Assembly (NCBI GenBank): GCA_964503265.1 | Contig: CAZCYO010000004.1 | Coordinates: 3,191-67,190, forward strand | DNA: 64,000 bases | DNA from: an uncultured Gammaproteobacteria bacterium | GTDB lineage: Bacteria; Patescibacteriota; Microgenomatia; Levybacterales; UBA12049 | Direction: 5' to 3' | Shown: in pieces, positions 18,389 through 27,448 of the stretch | Layout: every line of letters begins with the position of its first letter | Position numbering within the stretch: the stretch's first letter is position 1 | The notes under the pieces: generated by a model | Databases searched by the model: none | What the model was told of the DNA's origin: nothing | What the model saw: the letters and a program-made list of their open reading frames with translations, nothing else | Made by a program: the position numbers and the translations under genes

Positions 18389-21067
18389 TTGAGGAAAAAA
18401 AAGAATATTGCTACAATGAAGAAACAAATGAAATTTATTGATGTTTGTAACAAGGTTATCGAGTTCTCTTTTTATATTCTTCTTTTTACTCTCCCACTGA
18501 TTTTTACTAACAGCACGTCTGAACTATTTGAATTTAATAAAATGTGGATCACATTTGGGATAACAGTTATTATCGCTGTAGCATGGAGTACGAAGATGAT
18601 ACTTGAAAAACAGATTCGTATTCAACGAACACCGCTGGATATTCCAATTGTTATTTTTCTTATCGCACATATCATCTCTACACTCATTTCACTTGATCCG
18701 CGCACATCAGTTTGGGGATACTATTCACGTTTTAATGGAGGACTACTCTCAATTATTAGTTATATTTTACTCTATTATGCCTTTGTGACAAACGCACGCG
18801 ATTTTGATGTAGTAGAAGTAATTTCAAAGAATAAATCAGTACAAAAGGCATCATTTTATGTGTATTCTTCGTTCGTTCGAATCTGTTGCATCTTAGGAGG
18901 AATTCTCATTTTCCCACTTGGTTTATTTACTGCTCAAAAAATCGTTCCAGACTCAGCAAGTGGGCATCCTGTTATGTTTCTTTTTTGTATTGCTTCCTCT
19001 TTTATTTTTTTTATGTACGCACTTCCTCGGAAGTTTTTACAGCGAATTATTTTTATGTCTTTTTTCTCTGGCCTTATCGTTTCATTATGGGGAATTCCAG
19101 CTCACTTCGGCTATGACCCTTCCTGTTTTCTCTTTCGTGGGACATTTGATGTCTCATGCTGGACTGATGCGTTTCATCCTACTGTCCGTATATTCTCAAC
19201 TCTCGGACAGCCAGCATGGCTTGCAGCATATGCAGCACTTCTCTTACCCATTTCAATGGGATATTTTGTAAGAACTCACCAGAGAAGTATGCAGAAAAAA
19301 GAAGCTATCGTCGCAATGCTTACGCGTATTTCTCCGTTCACTATCCTTATCACCATATTTTATCTTGCGATGTTATATGCAAATACTCGTGCTGGATTTT
19401 TAGCATTTTGGATCGCAAATAACGTATTCTGGTCCTTTATCATTTTTCAAGAAGTACAAAAACAAAAAATGAAAACACTGCTGTTAAGTGCATTGTTTGT
19501 AATAGATTTGCTCATAATCGCCATAACAGTTGGAATGTCATCAAACCTTTTATTTTGGTTTGTCGGAATCATTGGCTATATCATCGTGCTTGGATTAATC
19601 GCCAATAAATCTCGGTTACAACTACTTCTCCTATGTAGCATTTTTCTTGGATTTACCTTCTTTAATCACAGTCCGTTTTCAGAACTTGATACGTATTTTA
19701 ATGCGTTTGCATTTCAACAAAAATTAAGCGCTCCTAAAGCAACGTCGACCACACCCGATAAACAAACACCAGCTGCAGCTCCGGCAAGCGGAACAGTACT
19801 TGAAAACGGTGGATCAGAATCTGGAGCAATCCGTCAAATCGTATGGAAAGGAGCGATCTCAGCATGGAAAACATCACCTCTCTTTGGAACTGGGGTTGAA
19901 ACATTTGCCTATGCATATTATCAAGTACGTCCAGCAAGCCATAACATGACATCTGAATGGGATTACTTATATAACAAAGCACATAACGAATATCTCAACT
20001 ATTTAACAACAACTGGCATACTTGGATTTGGATCGTATATGGCCTTCATTGGCATGTTTTTATTCTTTTCGACAAAATATGTCGTTACTTCTTTTTTTCG
20101 AAAGAAAGACGATATACTCGTTGATGAACATCCAGATGAATATGTGTGGTCTCAAACAATAACTATCGCACTTCTTTCAGGCTTTATAACAATTCTCATC
20201 ACTAACTTTTTTGGCTTTTCAGTCGTGATTATGAATATTTATTTATTCTTACTTCCGGCTTTTTTCTTTCTGGCCACCAACTCTCTTTCAGAAAAAAAAG
20301 CACTTCTCCTCCCAAAGACTCTTTCCTCTCATCAAATCGGTGGTGGTAGCTATATAAGTATTACTGGGATTTGGATTATCGGGATATGGTGTATTATTCT
20401 CCTGTTTCGATTCTGGACTGCTGACGTGTCATATGCGTTAGGGCATAATTTAGCCGGGGTTGGACAATACCAACAAGCATATACCTATCTTCAAGACGCA
20501 TATGTACTCAGAACAAGTGAACCAGTATTTGCTGATGACTTAGCTATCGCATCAGCAGCACTTTCCTATGGATGGTTTACCCAAAAAGATATTGAAAAAG
20601 CAAAATCATTTGCAGCACAAGCAGTCCAGCTCAGTGATGATGTTGTACAAACACACCCAAATAATGTCATTTACTGGAAAGATCGAGTGCGTATTTTCTT
20701 TACCCTTGCACAGCTTGATCCACAATATACACTCCGAGCCCTTCAAGCAATCCAGAAAGCTTCCCAACTCGCTCCCACAGATGCTAAAGTTCATTACAAT
20801 TTAGGCGTTATTTACGGTCAGACAGGAAATATCGATTCAGGAATCAAGACTCTTGAAGAGACAGTGATACTTAAACCAAATTATCGTGAGGCATATTACG
20901 CGCTCGCCGTCCTCTACAGACAAAAAGCAACAGATGGAACAGATAAAAAAGTAACACATCCAGAACTACAACAAAAAGCAGAAGAAAACCTCAATTATAT
21001 TCTGACAAATATTTCTGCCGAAGATACTGAATCTAAGCAATTATTAAAAACCTGGGGTAGTAAATAA
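18389..21067 (+). CDS. O-antigen ligase (Wzy_C)-like polytopic membrane protein with C-terminal TPR repeats
   Basis: 892 aa with more than 10 TM helices. It carries a Wzy_C-like loop 'WKGAISAWKTSPLFGTGVETFAYAYYQ...HNEYLNYL'. The C-terminal 250 aa are TPR-like (AKVHYNLGVIYGQTGNIDSGIKTLEETVILKPNYREAYYALAVLY). Confidence 0.75.
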   Translation: MRKKKNIATMKKQMKFIDVCNKVIEFSFYILLFTLPLIFTNSTSELFEFNKMWITFGITVIIAVAWSTKMILEKQIRIQRTPLDIPIVIFLIAHIISTLISLDPRTSVWGYYSRFNGGLLSIISYILLYYAFVTNARDFDVVEVISKNKSVQKASFYVYSSFVRICCILGGILIFPLGLFTAQKIVPDSASGHPVMFLFCIASSFIFFMYALPRKFLQRIIFMSFFSGLIVSLWGIPAHFGYDPSCFLFRGTFDVSCWTDAFHPTVRIFSTLGQPAWLAAYAALLLPISMGYFVRTHQRSMQKKEAIVAMLTRISPFTILITIFYLAMLYANTRAGFLAFWIANNVFWSFIIFQEVQKQKMKTLLLSALFVIDLLIIAITVGMSSNLLFWFVGIIGYIIVLGLIANKSRLQLLLLCSIFLGFTFFNHSPFSELDTYFNAFAFQQKLSAPKATSTTPDKQTPAAAPASGTVLENGGSESGAIRQIVWKGAISAWKTSPLFGTGVETFAYAYYQVRPASHNMTSEWDYLYNKAHNEYLNYLTTTGILGFGSYMAFIGMFLFFSTKYVVTSFFRKKDDILVDEHPDEYVWSQTITIALLSGFITILITNFFGFSVVIMNIYLFLLPAFFFLATNSLSEKKALLLPKTLSSHQIGGGSYISITGIWIIGIWCIILLFRFWTADVSYALGHNLAGVGQYQQAYTYLQDAYVLRTSEPVFADDLAIASAALSYGWFTQKDIEKAKSFAAQAVQLSDDVVQTHPNNVIYWKDRVRIFFTLAQLDPQYTLRALQAIQKASQLAPTDAKVHYNLGVIYGQTGNIDSGIKTLEETVILKPNYREAYYALAVLYRQKATDGTDKKVTHPELQQKAEENLNYILTNISAEDTESKQLLKTWGSK

Positions 21068-21108
21068 GAGTTTTTAGTTAGGAGTTAGAAAATAGAAAAT
21101 AGTATTCA

Positions 21109-21117
21109 TGATATAAT
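21109..21117 (+). promoter_or_regulatory. Extended -10 promoter element (TGaTATAAT) 7 nt upstream of the def start codon
   Basis: TG at 21109-21110 and TATAAT at 21112-21117; the ATG is at 21125. No Shine-Dalgarno in the 7-nt gap, which implies a leaderless or near-leaderless transcript. Confidence 0.45.
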
Positions 21118-21124
21118 CTCTTCC

Positions 21125-21685
21125 ATGTTACACATAGTCCAAGCACCAGCATCAGTTCTGTCAAACCCAGCAAAAAAAATAAATAATATCGATGCGTCGA
21201 TCATTCGATTAATTCATGAGATGACTGAAACCCTTGAGAAAGCCACTGATCCTGAAGGAGTCGGACTTGCAGCTCCTCAAGTGGGTGAAGGTGTACAATT
21301 ATTTATTATCAAGCCGACACCAAAAGCGAAAGTTGATGTGTTTATTAACCCTGTGCTCACTATTCCAGATGATGCAAAAATGGCTGATTTAAAAGAAAAA
21401 TTAGAAAACGAAGATGACGATATCAAACTCGAAGGTTGTCTCTCACTAAAAGATGTTTGGGGAGTAGTTGAACGATACGATAAAGTCCATCTTTCCTATC
21501 TAGATGCACATGGAAAAATGCATGAAAAAACATTTGATGGTTTCTTCGCCACGATCGTACAGCACGAGTATGATCATATCCAAGGAATATTATTTCCAAA
21601 ACGAGTACTCGAACAGGATAGTAGACTCTATAAATCACGAAAAGATAAAAAGGGCGAAGTCGTATTTGACGAAATATCCTTATAG
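21125..21685 (+). CDS. def: Peptide deformylase
   Basis: All three PDF motifs are present: 'GVGLAAPQVG', 'EGCLS' and 'HEYDHIQG' (HExxH). An acidic insertion of about 20 aa precedes EGCLS. Confidence 0.95.
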   Translation: MLHIVQAPASVLSNPAKKINNIDASIIRLIHEMTETLEKATDPEGVGLAAPQVGEGVQLFIIKPTPKAKVDVFINPVLTIPDDAKMADLKEKLENEDDDIKLEGCLSLKDVWGVVERYDKVHLSYLDAHGKMHEKTFDGFFATIVQHEYDHIQGILFPKRVLEQDSRLYKSRKDKKGEVVFDEISL

Positions 21686-21756
21686 AAGATAGAAGTTGGA
21701 AGATAGCAAAAAATATTTTTTACTAAAACCTATCTTTTAACTCCTAACTAGTAATT

Positions 21757-22614
21757 ATGAACATAATATTTTTTGGCACCCCTGAATTTGTTATTCCGGT
21801 TATTGAAAAAATCAGACAACAGCATGAAGTTGTCGCTATTGTCACAACTCCTGATCAAAAAGTAGGACGAAAACAACTCATTACCCCCTCCCCAGTCAAA
21901 GTCTATGGACAAGAACATAACATTCCAGTCATGACACCTCAGCAATTAAACAATGAAACAATAGAACAATTACATACGTACAACCCAGATCTTATCATTG
22001 TCGCTTCTTACGGAAAAATTATTCCAAAAGCAGTACTCGAGATTCCGACGTTTGGCGCGATTAACATTCATCCATCCCTTCTCCCTAAATTTCGTGGAGC
22101 TTCCCCTATTCCAGCAACTATTTTACATGGAGACGCAGTGGGCGGAGTAAGTATTATTAAGATGGATGAAGAATTAGATCACGGACCGATCATCATAAAA
22201 AAAGAATACAACCTTTCCCCGACAGACACGACAGAATCATTACTACCAATTCTTTTCATTGAGGGCGCCGATGCATTACTTGAAATACTTGATGACTACA
22301 TTACAGGAAACATCAACCCTACTCCTCAACATCATGATGAAGCAACGTTTTGTGGAAGATTTACAAAAGAAGATGCATATATTGATCTAGAAAATCTCCC
22401 AGACAAAGAAATCATTGACCGAATGATTCGAGCATATACACCGTGGCCGATCGTATGGACGAAGATTAACATCAATAATCAAGAATTACGAATCAAATTC
22501 TTTCCAAACAACATAGTGCAGCTGGAAGGTGGCATCAAACAAACAGTAAAAGAGTTTCTTAATGGATATCCTGAAACAAAAGAACTCCTCTCTCGCATTT
22601 TCTTTTCTGTCTGA
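21757..22614 (+). CDS. fmt: Methionyl-tRNA formyltransferase
   Basis: 'IIFFGTPEFVIPVIEKI', 'IVTTPDQKVGRKQ' and 'NIHPSLLPKFRGASPI' (SLLP motif), followed by a C-terminal Fmt domain. Forms a def-fmt pair. Confidence 0.9.
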   Translation: MNIIFFGTPEFVIPVIEKIRQQHEVVAIVTTPDQKVGRKQLITPSPVKVYGQEHNIPVMTPQQLNNETIEQLHTYNPDLIIVASYGKIIPKAVLEIPTFGAINIHPSLLPKFRGASPIPATILHGDAVGGVSIIKMDEELDHGPIIIKKEYNLSPTDTTESLLPILFIEGADALLEILDDYITGNINPTPQHHDEATFCGRFTKEDAYIDLENLPDKEIIDRMIRAYTPWPIVWTKININNQELRIKFFPNNIVQLEGGIKQTVKEFLNGYPETKELLSRIFFSV

Positions 22615-22625
22615 TTGTCAGGATC

Positions 22626-23792
22626 ATGTCCTCCATTTGCCTCTGTTCGTGTCAAGATGCTCCTTATGTTCCCCGCTATCATACGTTTATGCAAACAATC
22701 GAACACTCGACAAAAGCGCCTGCACAGCTGCACCACGCGATGCATCCTGACTTTGCGCTTCATATTCCGCTTCAAGTGGCTGAAGCGATGAATTTGAACG
22801 GGAATGTAACTGGTGTTGCGACAATGCAAGACGGGATGTCTGGTAATCGGATTATCAAAGTTGATACTTATGATCGTGGCTCTATGGTTATAAAGCACGG
22901 AGACCACAGAAAAGTGGGAAACGAAATCACTAGACTGAAATTATTAGAAGGCACGCCACTTGAGCCCCATATTCCAACTGTTTTATATGCTTCACACGAT
23001 CTAGGAATAGTCGCCTATCCCCACTATGAAGGACACCAACTACGAACAGGAGTTAAAACAGAACAAATAACACAACCTGACGCTGAGAAATTGCTTGATG
23101 AGCTCATCGATATTAAAACCCAATGGTGGAGTGCACAGCCTAAAGAGTTTCAACCAAGAAAGTATGTTTCTATGCAGCGTGAAGAATGGGATGATACACT
23201 GGCTGGAATCGGGACATCTCTCTCCCTCCTTGAGGGAAAATTCGGAGTTTCTGCACGAGATATCTTAGAACGCCCTATTTCTTTTTCAGGACAAACATTT
23301 CCTCCCCTTGAGCACGTAATCGCACACGTAGGGCATTTTCTCGCTCGTCCACCAGAGTATGTGGTAACTGCCCATAATGATGCAACAGGTGCAAATATTA
23401 TCCATAATGCGGCAGATGTATCATGGACGCTATTAGATCCCGAATGGACCGGGCCAAGTGATCCAGCCGAGGCATACACGAGACTTATCAAATACATCAC
23501 TTCATCTACTGCCCTGTCAGCAGAACATGATGCACTTAACGTGTCAGGTGAACGACTCCGTGTAGCAATAGATATGCGATTTCCACAAGCTGCGATTGCG
23601 CTTCAAACTCGAGGACTACAAAGAATGGATGGAGTCTCTCATGCTTTACACGATAGGACGTTTGAAGACAGAGCATCCCACTACCTTGCAGGTTCATACC
23701 TTCGAGAGGCAGCACTTGCTCCAAAGAGAGGAGGAGCTCCTACGGCACTTTTTGCTATAGTAAAAGCAGCAGAGGCGATGGGATCACGATAA
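22626..23792 (+). CDS. Phosphotransferase-fold (APH/ChoK-like kinase) family protein, GC-elevated
   Basis: N-lobe-like 'GMSGNRIIKV' and a Brenner catalytic motif 'HNDATGANIIH' (HxDxxxxN). GC is about 50% against a background near 40%. Confidence 0.5.
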   Translation: MSSICLCSCQDAPYVPRYHTFMQTIEHSTKAPAQLHHAMHPDFALHIPLQVAEAMNLNGNVTGVATMQDGMSGNRIIKVDTYDRGSMVIKHGDHRKVGNEITRLKLLEGTPLEPHIPTVLYASHDLGIVAYPHYEGHQLRTGVKTEQITQPDAEKLLDELIDIKTQWWSAQPKEFQPRKYVSMQREEWDDTLAGIGTSLSLLEGKFGVSARDILERPISFSGQTFPPLEHVIAHVGHFLARPPEYVVTAHNDATGANIIHNAADVSWTLLDPEWTGPSDPAEAYTRLIKYITSSTALSAEHDALNVSGERLRVAIDMRFPQAAIALQTRGLQRMDGVSHALHDRTFEDRASHYLAGSYLREAALAPKRGGAPTALFAIVKAAEAMGSR

Positions 23793-23796
23793 ACAT

Positions 23797-24441
23797 ATGA
23801 AAAAAGCAATTATTTTTGATGTGGATGGAGTACTCATGGATTCAGTTCCACATCACTTTCAGGCATGGCAAAAAGCGTTCGCAGATAATGATGTTTTATT
23901 TACCTATCAAGACTATTTAGATAAAGTAAATGGACTGCCCAGACTCACCGGTGTACGAAATGTCGTACCTACCGCAACTGACGCAGAAGTAGAAGCATAC
24001 GCCAAAAGAAAACAAGCGTATTTTCTCGACGCTATTAACGATACCCCTCTCTCTCCCCTTCCTGGTGTCGTCACATTTCTTAAAGCACTACAGAGACGAA
24101 ACATTCCATTTATCGCAGCATCATCGAGTAAAAATGCACGAATACTTCTTGAAAGAGCAGGTATTTCCTTCTATTTTACGCACATTCTAACTGGTGAAGA
24201 CTTCACAAAAGCCAAACCTGATCCAGATATTTTTCTCACTGCCGCTCAAAAAATGCACATAGAACCTAAATATTGTGTCGTGATTGAAGATTCGATTCAC
24301 GGCATTCAGGCAGCAAAAAATGCAACTATGCATAGTGTCGGGATATTATCTTCACAAGATAAAGAACTAAAAAAAGCAGCTCATCTCACTATCTCATCAC
24401 TTGAAGAATACCCTATTATCTTGCAAACATATTTCGGCTGA
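23797..24441 (+). CDS. HAD-IA family hydrolase (beta-phosphoglucomutase-like phosphatase)
   Basis: Motif I 'IIFDVDGVLMDS', motif III 'KAKPDPDIF' and motif IV 'VIEDSIHGIQAAKNA'. Confidence 0.85.
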   Translation: MKKAIIFDVDGVLMDSVPHHFQAWQKAFADNDVLFTYQDYLDKVNGLPRLTGVRNVVPTATDAEVEAYAKRKQAYFLDAINDTPLSPLPGVVTFLKALQRRNIPFIAASSSKNARILLERAGISFYFTHILTGEDFTKAKPDPDIFLTAAQKMHIEPKYCVVIEDSIHGIQAAKNATMHSVGILSSQDKELKKAAHLTISSLEEYPIILQTYFG

Positions 24442-24504
24442 CATCAACCTGACAAAATAATTGGTATTGCAACCACCCTAAACGAGGTCATATAATTACC
24501 GTCC

Positions 24505-25797
24505 ATGCAACAAAATTTCTCTGAAACGCTTTATCCAGCGACATATCGTGCAGCGGACGCAAAAAAGCTTGGGGAATATATAGCAAGTAGACATACGATC
24601 GAAATAGTCGGGATGAAACGTGTCGGAATTAGTAATTTCCTTCGATATTTTCTCTATCATCCAAGCCTCATTAAAAAACACTTAGCAGATCCTACCAATC
24701 ATATTTTTATTTCTGTAGATTTATATGATTTAGTCGAAAAAGAATTGTTCGCGTTCTGGATTTTAACGTTTAAACGATTGCTGGATCAAATAGAAGTCAC
24801 AACTGTTCCTGAAGAGACGAGAAACTATGTAACGACTCTTTTTATGTCATCGATCCAAACAAAAGATTTATTTTTAACAATTGATAACTTGCGTCGTGCG
24901 CTAACAAAAATTGTTTCTTCAGGTGTGCTTCTGACTTTCTTTTTTATTCGTTTTGATCGCATGAATGAAATTTCCAGTGAAGAGTTGTTTGCGAATTTCC
25001 AAGGCATTCGTGAATCTACAGGAAATCACGTGTCATATATTTTTACGAGTTTTCGTCCACTCGAATCATTTATTCCTCAAGCGAAAATACGAAATTATCT
25101 ATCTATTTTTGAAAGTATGTATATTAAACCAGCGAGTGAGTTAGATATGGAACACGTATATGAGTCATTTGAGAAGCGCTATCACAGCGCCCTCAATACG
25201 ACGCTTGTCACAAAACTTATTCAGCTAGCTGGTGGACACGTGCAATACTTACAAATCGGACTGCTTATTTGTAGTCAGAAAAAAGACGATGTAACAACCG
25301 ATACATTATTTGAAACAATGCTTCAAGATGAGCGAATAACCCTACTTTCACAAGAAATCATCGAAAGTTTACTACCAGAAGAAATCACACTACTTAGAAA
25401 AGTGGCAAAAGGAACGCATATCGATCCAAGTGAAAAAGAACAAGGAAAATATCTTTTCGATACGGGTATTCTATCTCAACAGACTACTATAATTGAGATT
25501 TTTAGCCCATTATTAAAAGCATACTTGCTTGATAAACGAATTGAAGAAAACGAAACCGTTATCGAATTATCCAAAAAAGAACATCTTCTCTATAACATCC
25601 TGCTACAAAACATCGATGAAGTGTGTGAGAGAGAACGTATTCTGGACGCTGTGTGGCCAGAATATGAAGAATTTGGGGTTTCAGACTGGACAATAGACAG
25701 ACTTATTGCAAGACTGCGCGCAAAATTAAAACAGCAACAAAGTAACTATGCAATTGTGACTATTAAAACAAGAGGATATAAATTAGTTGAGGGATAG
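24505..25797 (+). CDS. Putative transcriptional regulator: N-terminal Arch_ATPase-like NTPase domain plus C-terminal OmpR/PhoB-type winged-helix DNA-binding domain
   Basis: P-loop-like 'IVGMKRVGISNFL' (compare archaeal ATPase 'GpRRvGKTsLl'; the Lys is replaced by Ile). Walker-B-like 'LLTFFFIRFDRM'. C-terminal 'ERILDAVWPEYEEFGVSDWTIDRLIARLRAKL...IVTIKTRGYKL' fits the trans_reg_C consensus. Confidence 0.6.
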   Translation: MQQNFSETLYPATYRAADAKKLGEYIASRHTIEIVGMKRVGISNFLRYFLYHPSLIKKHLADPTNHIFISVDLYDLVEKELFAFWILTFKRLLDQIEVTTVPEETRNYVTTLFMSSIQTKDLFLTIDNLRRALTKIVSSGVLLTFFFIRFDRMNEISSEELFANFQGIRESTGNHVSYIFTSFRPLESFIPQAKIRNYLSIFESMYIKPASELDMEHVYESFEKRYHSALNTTLVTKLIQLAGGHVQYLQIGLLICSQKKDDVTTDTLFETMLQDERITLLSQEIIESLLPEEITLLRKVAKGTHIDPSEKEQGKYLFDTGILSQQTTIIEIFSPLLKAYLLDKRIEENETVIELSKKEHLLYNILLQNIDEVCERERILDAVWPEYEEFGVSDWTIDRLIARLRAKLKQQQSNYAIVTIKTRGYKLVEG

Positions 25798-25818
25798 AAA
25801 ACAACGAGAGCGAAAAAA

Positions 25819-26067
25819 TTATGCAGTTGCTTCAGTTGGAGGAGTTTCAACGATTGTATTTTCTACAGGAGTACTGATAATTGCTTGAAGATTCTTGTAA
25901 GATCTAAGACATTTCGTGCAGAGTTTCATTCGCACCATTGTAGGACCGACTTTAACTCGAGTTGAGTGTAAATTCGGTTTAAAAACTCTATTTGTACGAT
26001 TCTTCGCGTGAGACACGTTATGTCCGTACATAATTCCTTTAAGACAATTATTGCATTTCATTCCCAT
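25819..26067 (-). CDS. rpmB: 50S ribosomal protein L28
   Basis: 'MGMKCNNCLKGIMYGHNVSHAKNRTNRVFKPNLHSTRVKVG...' matches the bL28 signature (GNNVSH.N.KT.R.F.PNL). The start is placed at the internal Met at 26067; the ORF-track start (26139) adds a non-homologous 24 aa. Confidence 0.85.
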   Translation of the reverse strand: MGMKCNNCLKGIMYGHNVSHAKNRTNRVFKPNLHSTRVKVGPTMVRMKLCTKCLRSYKNLQAIISTPVENTIVETPPTEATA

Positions 26068-26226
26068 AAGTATTTGATAGTATACTAAAAAATCACTATA
26101 ATTACAACACAATTGAGTAATACATAACTCAAAATGCAAAATTCAAAAATACAAGTTAAAATGTAAAAGTTACTTTTTATTTTTTAGTTGTGCTTTTGAA
26201 TTACCATTTTTGCCTTTTTACTTTTT

Positions 26227-26877
26227 ATGGAACTTCTTACTAATCCTATTATTGCAAGCATTCTAATGCTCGTCATCCTGATTTACTCAGCGATTCTTCA
26301 TGAAATTGCTCATGGATTTGTGGCAGATAGACTTGGTGATCCAACAGCTCGATTACTCGGGAGGCTAACACTTGATCCTCGTCCTCATATCGATCCATGG
26401 ATGAGTATCGCACTCCCACTCATTCTATTTATCACTGGCTCTCCAGTCATATTCGGTGGTGCAAAACCTGTACCAGTTGATGAATTTAACCTCCGTGATG
26501 GTGATCGAGACATGGCACTTGTCGCAATGAGTGGACCGTTAACGAACGCACTTATCGCCGTATTAGCAGCAGGAATTTACCACGCAATTGTTTTTCTTAG
26601 TGGAAATAATCCATCAGAAGGGATCGTTATTATCGCATATATCTTACGACTCGTTATTAATTTAAATATCCTACTCGCCATATTTAACTTAGTACCAATT
26701 CCCCCACTTGATGGTTCTAAAATCTTTGCCCTCTTACTTCCACCCCACATGGCTCGAACCTACCTTAGCATAGGCAACTTGGGTCCATTTCTCCTTTTCT
26801 TTGTGCTTTTGTCTTCAGGATTTCAACTACTCCTTCGTACACTCACTACCTTTGCCCTCAGCCTACTCGGATTCTAA
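26227..26877 (+). CDS. Site-2 protease family (M50) intramembrane zinc metalloprotease
   Basis: 'LHEIAHGFVA' (HExxH inside a TM helix) and 'NLVPIPPLDG' (LDG motif). Confidence 0.85.
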   Translation: MELLTNPIIASILMLVILIYSAILHEIAHGFVADRLGDPTARLLGRLTLDPRPHIDPWMSIALPLILFITGSPVIFGGAKPVPVDEFNLRDGDRDMALVAMSGPLTNALIAVLAAGIYHAIVFLSGNNPSEGIVIIAYILRLVINLNILLAIFNLVPIPPLDGSKIFALLLPPHMARTYLSIGNLGPFLLFFVLLSSGFQLLLRTLTTFALSLLGF

Positions 26878-26989
26878 TTAGCATATAATTTAAAAACCAT
26901 AAGCCACAAAGCGACTAAGAGGAGCGAGCTATACGCCATTCGCTCACTGCCCCATTCCCTAGATATTCCCGACCAAACACTATAATCCT

Positions 26990-27018
26990 TGACGAGTCTT
27001 TAACTCGAAGGTATACTC
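26990..27018 (+). promoter_or_regulatory. Sigma-70-like promoter (TTGACG, 17 nt spacer, TATACT) for a candidate small RNA
   Basis: -35 TTGACG at 26990-26995, a 17-nt spacer, and -10 TATACT at 27013-27018. No ORF lies downstream before the terminator at 27224-27254. Confidence 0.4.
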
Positions 27019-27223
27019 TGATTGCTCTTTGATACTCGAGATAGGAGGATTATTTTTTCTCTTCAACTTTTTCTAAGGTATCCGTCTAAAGGCGGAGAAG
27101 AGGTGCATTTTGTGCCACTGCGGTGTCATAAAGAGCCTTCCTGATCTATTCCTTGGGAAAAAATACCTTCTAAACTCGGTAGCAAAGAGTAAAATTATTT
27201 CTTAAGATTTCTTAGGGTATTAA

Positions 27224-27254
27224 AACCATACTGCAAAGTGTGGTTTTTTTATTT
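27224..27254 (+). terminator. Rho-independent terminator
   Basis: Hairpin aaccatac / tgcaaa / gtgtggtt (one G-U pair) followed by tttttttatttt. Confidence 0.55.
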
Positions 27255-27329
27255 TCAATTATCAAGTCTTGTTCAAACATTCTCAGTCTGATAAAATTAC
27301 CTTTACGGTTTTGTAATTAGTCATCCCGT

Positions 27330-27404
27330 GCCGACTTAGCTCAGCGGTAGAGCAGTTGTTTTGTAAACATCAGGTCGCCAGTTCAATCCTGGCAGTCGGC
27401 TCCA
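27330..27404 (+). tRNA. tRNA-Thr (anticodon TGT), CCA encoded
   Basis: Hand-folded cloverleaf: acceptor GCCGACT/AGTCGGC; D-arm GCTC-AGCGGTA-GAGC; anticodon loop TTTGTAA (one T-T mismatch in the anticodon stem); T-arm GCCAG-TTCAATC-CTGGC. The 5' half is nearly identical to E. coli tRNA-Thr. Confidence 0.8.
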
Positions 27405-27448
27405 AGCATTTCTTGGGATAACTTCTCTGTTCTTCCAAAGCTATGCGC

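Noticed and set aside
26212-26229. Leaderless promoter for the M50 protease gene
   Set aside because: No acceptable -10 hexamer sits at the right distance. TACTTT/TTTTTA are only 3/6 matches. Not called.
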